From Rhina ancylostomus (taxonomy: Eukaryota), in assembly GCA_030265395.1 (NCBI GenBank), contig JARFYF010000017.1:27135882-27199846 (forward strand): a stretch of 63,965 bases of DNA, written 5' to 3'. Below are positions 63,201-63,965 of this stretch, piece by piece. How positions within the stretch are numbered: position 1 is the stretch's first letter; each line of letters starts with the position of its first letter. The notes beneath the pieces are model-generated. The model was not told where the DNA came from and made no database searches. It was given only the letters and a program-made list of their open reading frames with translations. A program made the position numbers and the translations under genes.

Positions 63201-63965
63201 TCCAGGTAATTATTTATTAGTAAGCTACAAGTAAAACTCCACACTGGACTGGGAAAAATTGCTATTTAGAATGAGGGATTGTTCATCACTGGAGATGGTT
63301 CACTCCATATAGCTTTATTCTTGAACAGAAATACATCAAACACTGAGTTAGTCTAATGAATAATATTCTGATGACAAATGAGAATTCTTCACCTCAAAGT
63401 AGGGCTTAAAGATGTTGGCAAGTTTACCTGCTTTATACCAAAGCTCATGGCAGTTGAACAACGCATTTATGATCCTACGACAACACAAAAAGATATGAGA
63501 TTTTTCTACCGTCTCTACAAGCTACTGCCAGCCCTGAATTTATACATAGATCATCATTAAAGTCTGGCATATCTTTTCCTCAGCAACTGATTTAGTTAAC
63601 AATGCACTGCTATTTACATGACGATTTTCCAGGCCTTTCTCTACAGCTGCTCCTCAGGCTCTGTCACTGTAATGTGATAGCAGAGGAGTCAGTAAATGTA
63701 ATCTTTGTCAAGACCAGGTGTGCTCTTGACTTTTTCTGTTTCATTCCAGGCAATTTTTCTCTCACTAGCTTCATAAGGTTCCATTATAGTCACATCTGGA
63801 GCTACATTCCTTTTAATTATTGGCTAAATTTGCTGCGAATCAACCAAAAATTGTCATCAAAGAAGGGTGCACTGCAATTTTCTGTCTTTATCAAACGTAA
63901 ATGTCAACAGGGTATACAGTTGCATAATTCAAGCCCTAGTCACACCACTTTACTGATTTCAATAA

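Overview
This is AT-rich vertebrate genomic DNA from a gapped draft assembly. The host is very probably a cartilaginous fish (shark, skate or ray), judged from its HE1-like V-SINEs, HER1/CR1 LINEs and DeuSINE-like repeats. The only convincing host coding sequence is one 2170-nt exon on the minus strand (31243-29074). It encodes the N-terminal 723 codons of ZNF536, including seven C2H2 zinc fingers, and has a clear acceptor 2 nt before the ATG and a phase-1 GT donor. Everything else appears to be ZNF536 intron, containing decayed CR1 and Rex1/Babar LINEs, tRNA-derived SINEs, some nested insertions, and TE-poor stretches with POU/homeodomain motif clusters (candidate conserved enhancers). The most unusual signal is a dispersed family of about seven short, partly palindromic elements. 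Their centres preserve the layout of a minimal type-I hammerhead ribozyme (helix I - CUGANGA - stem II - GAAAC - NUH - helix I), as described for Penelope-like elements, but every copy here is mutated. A ~58-nt intronic hairpin and short direct repeats flanking the 100-N gaps also merit a check. I found no prokaryotic system, CRISPR array or novel multi-gene system. Repeat family names and boundaries are by eye and approximate.
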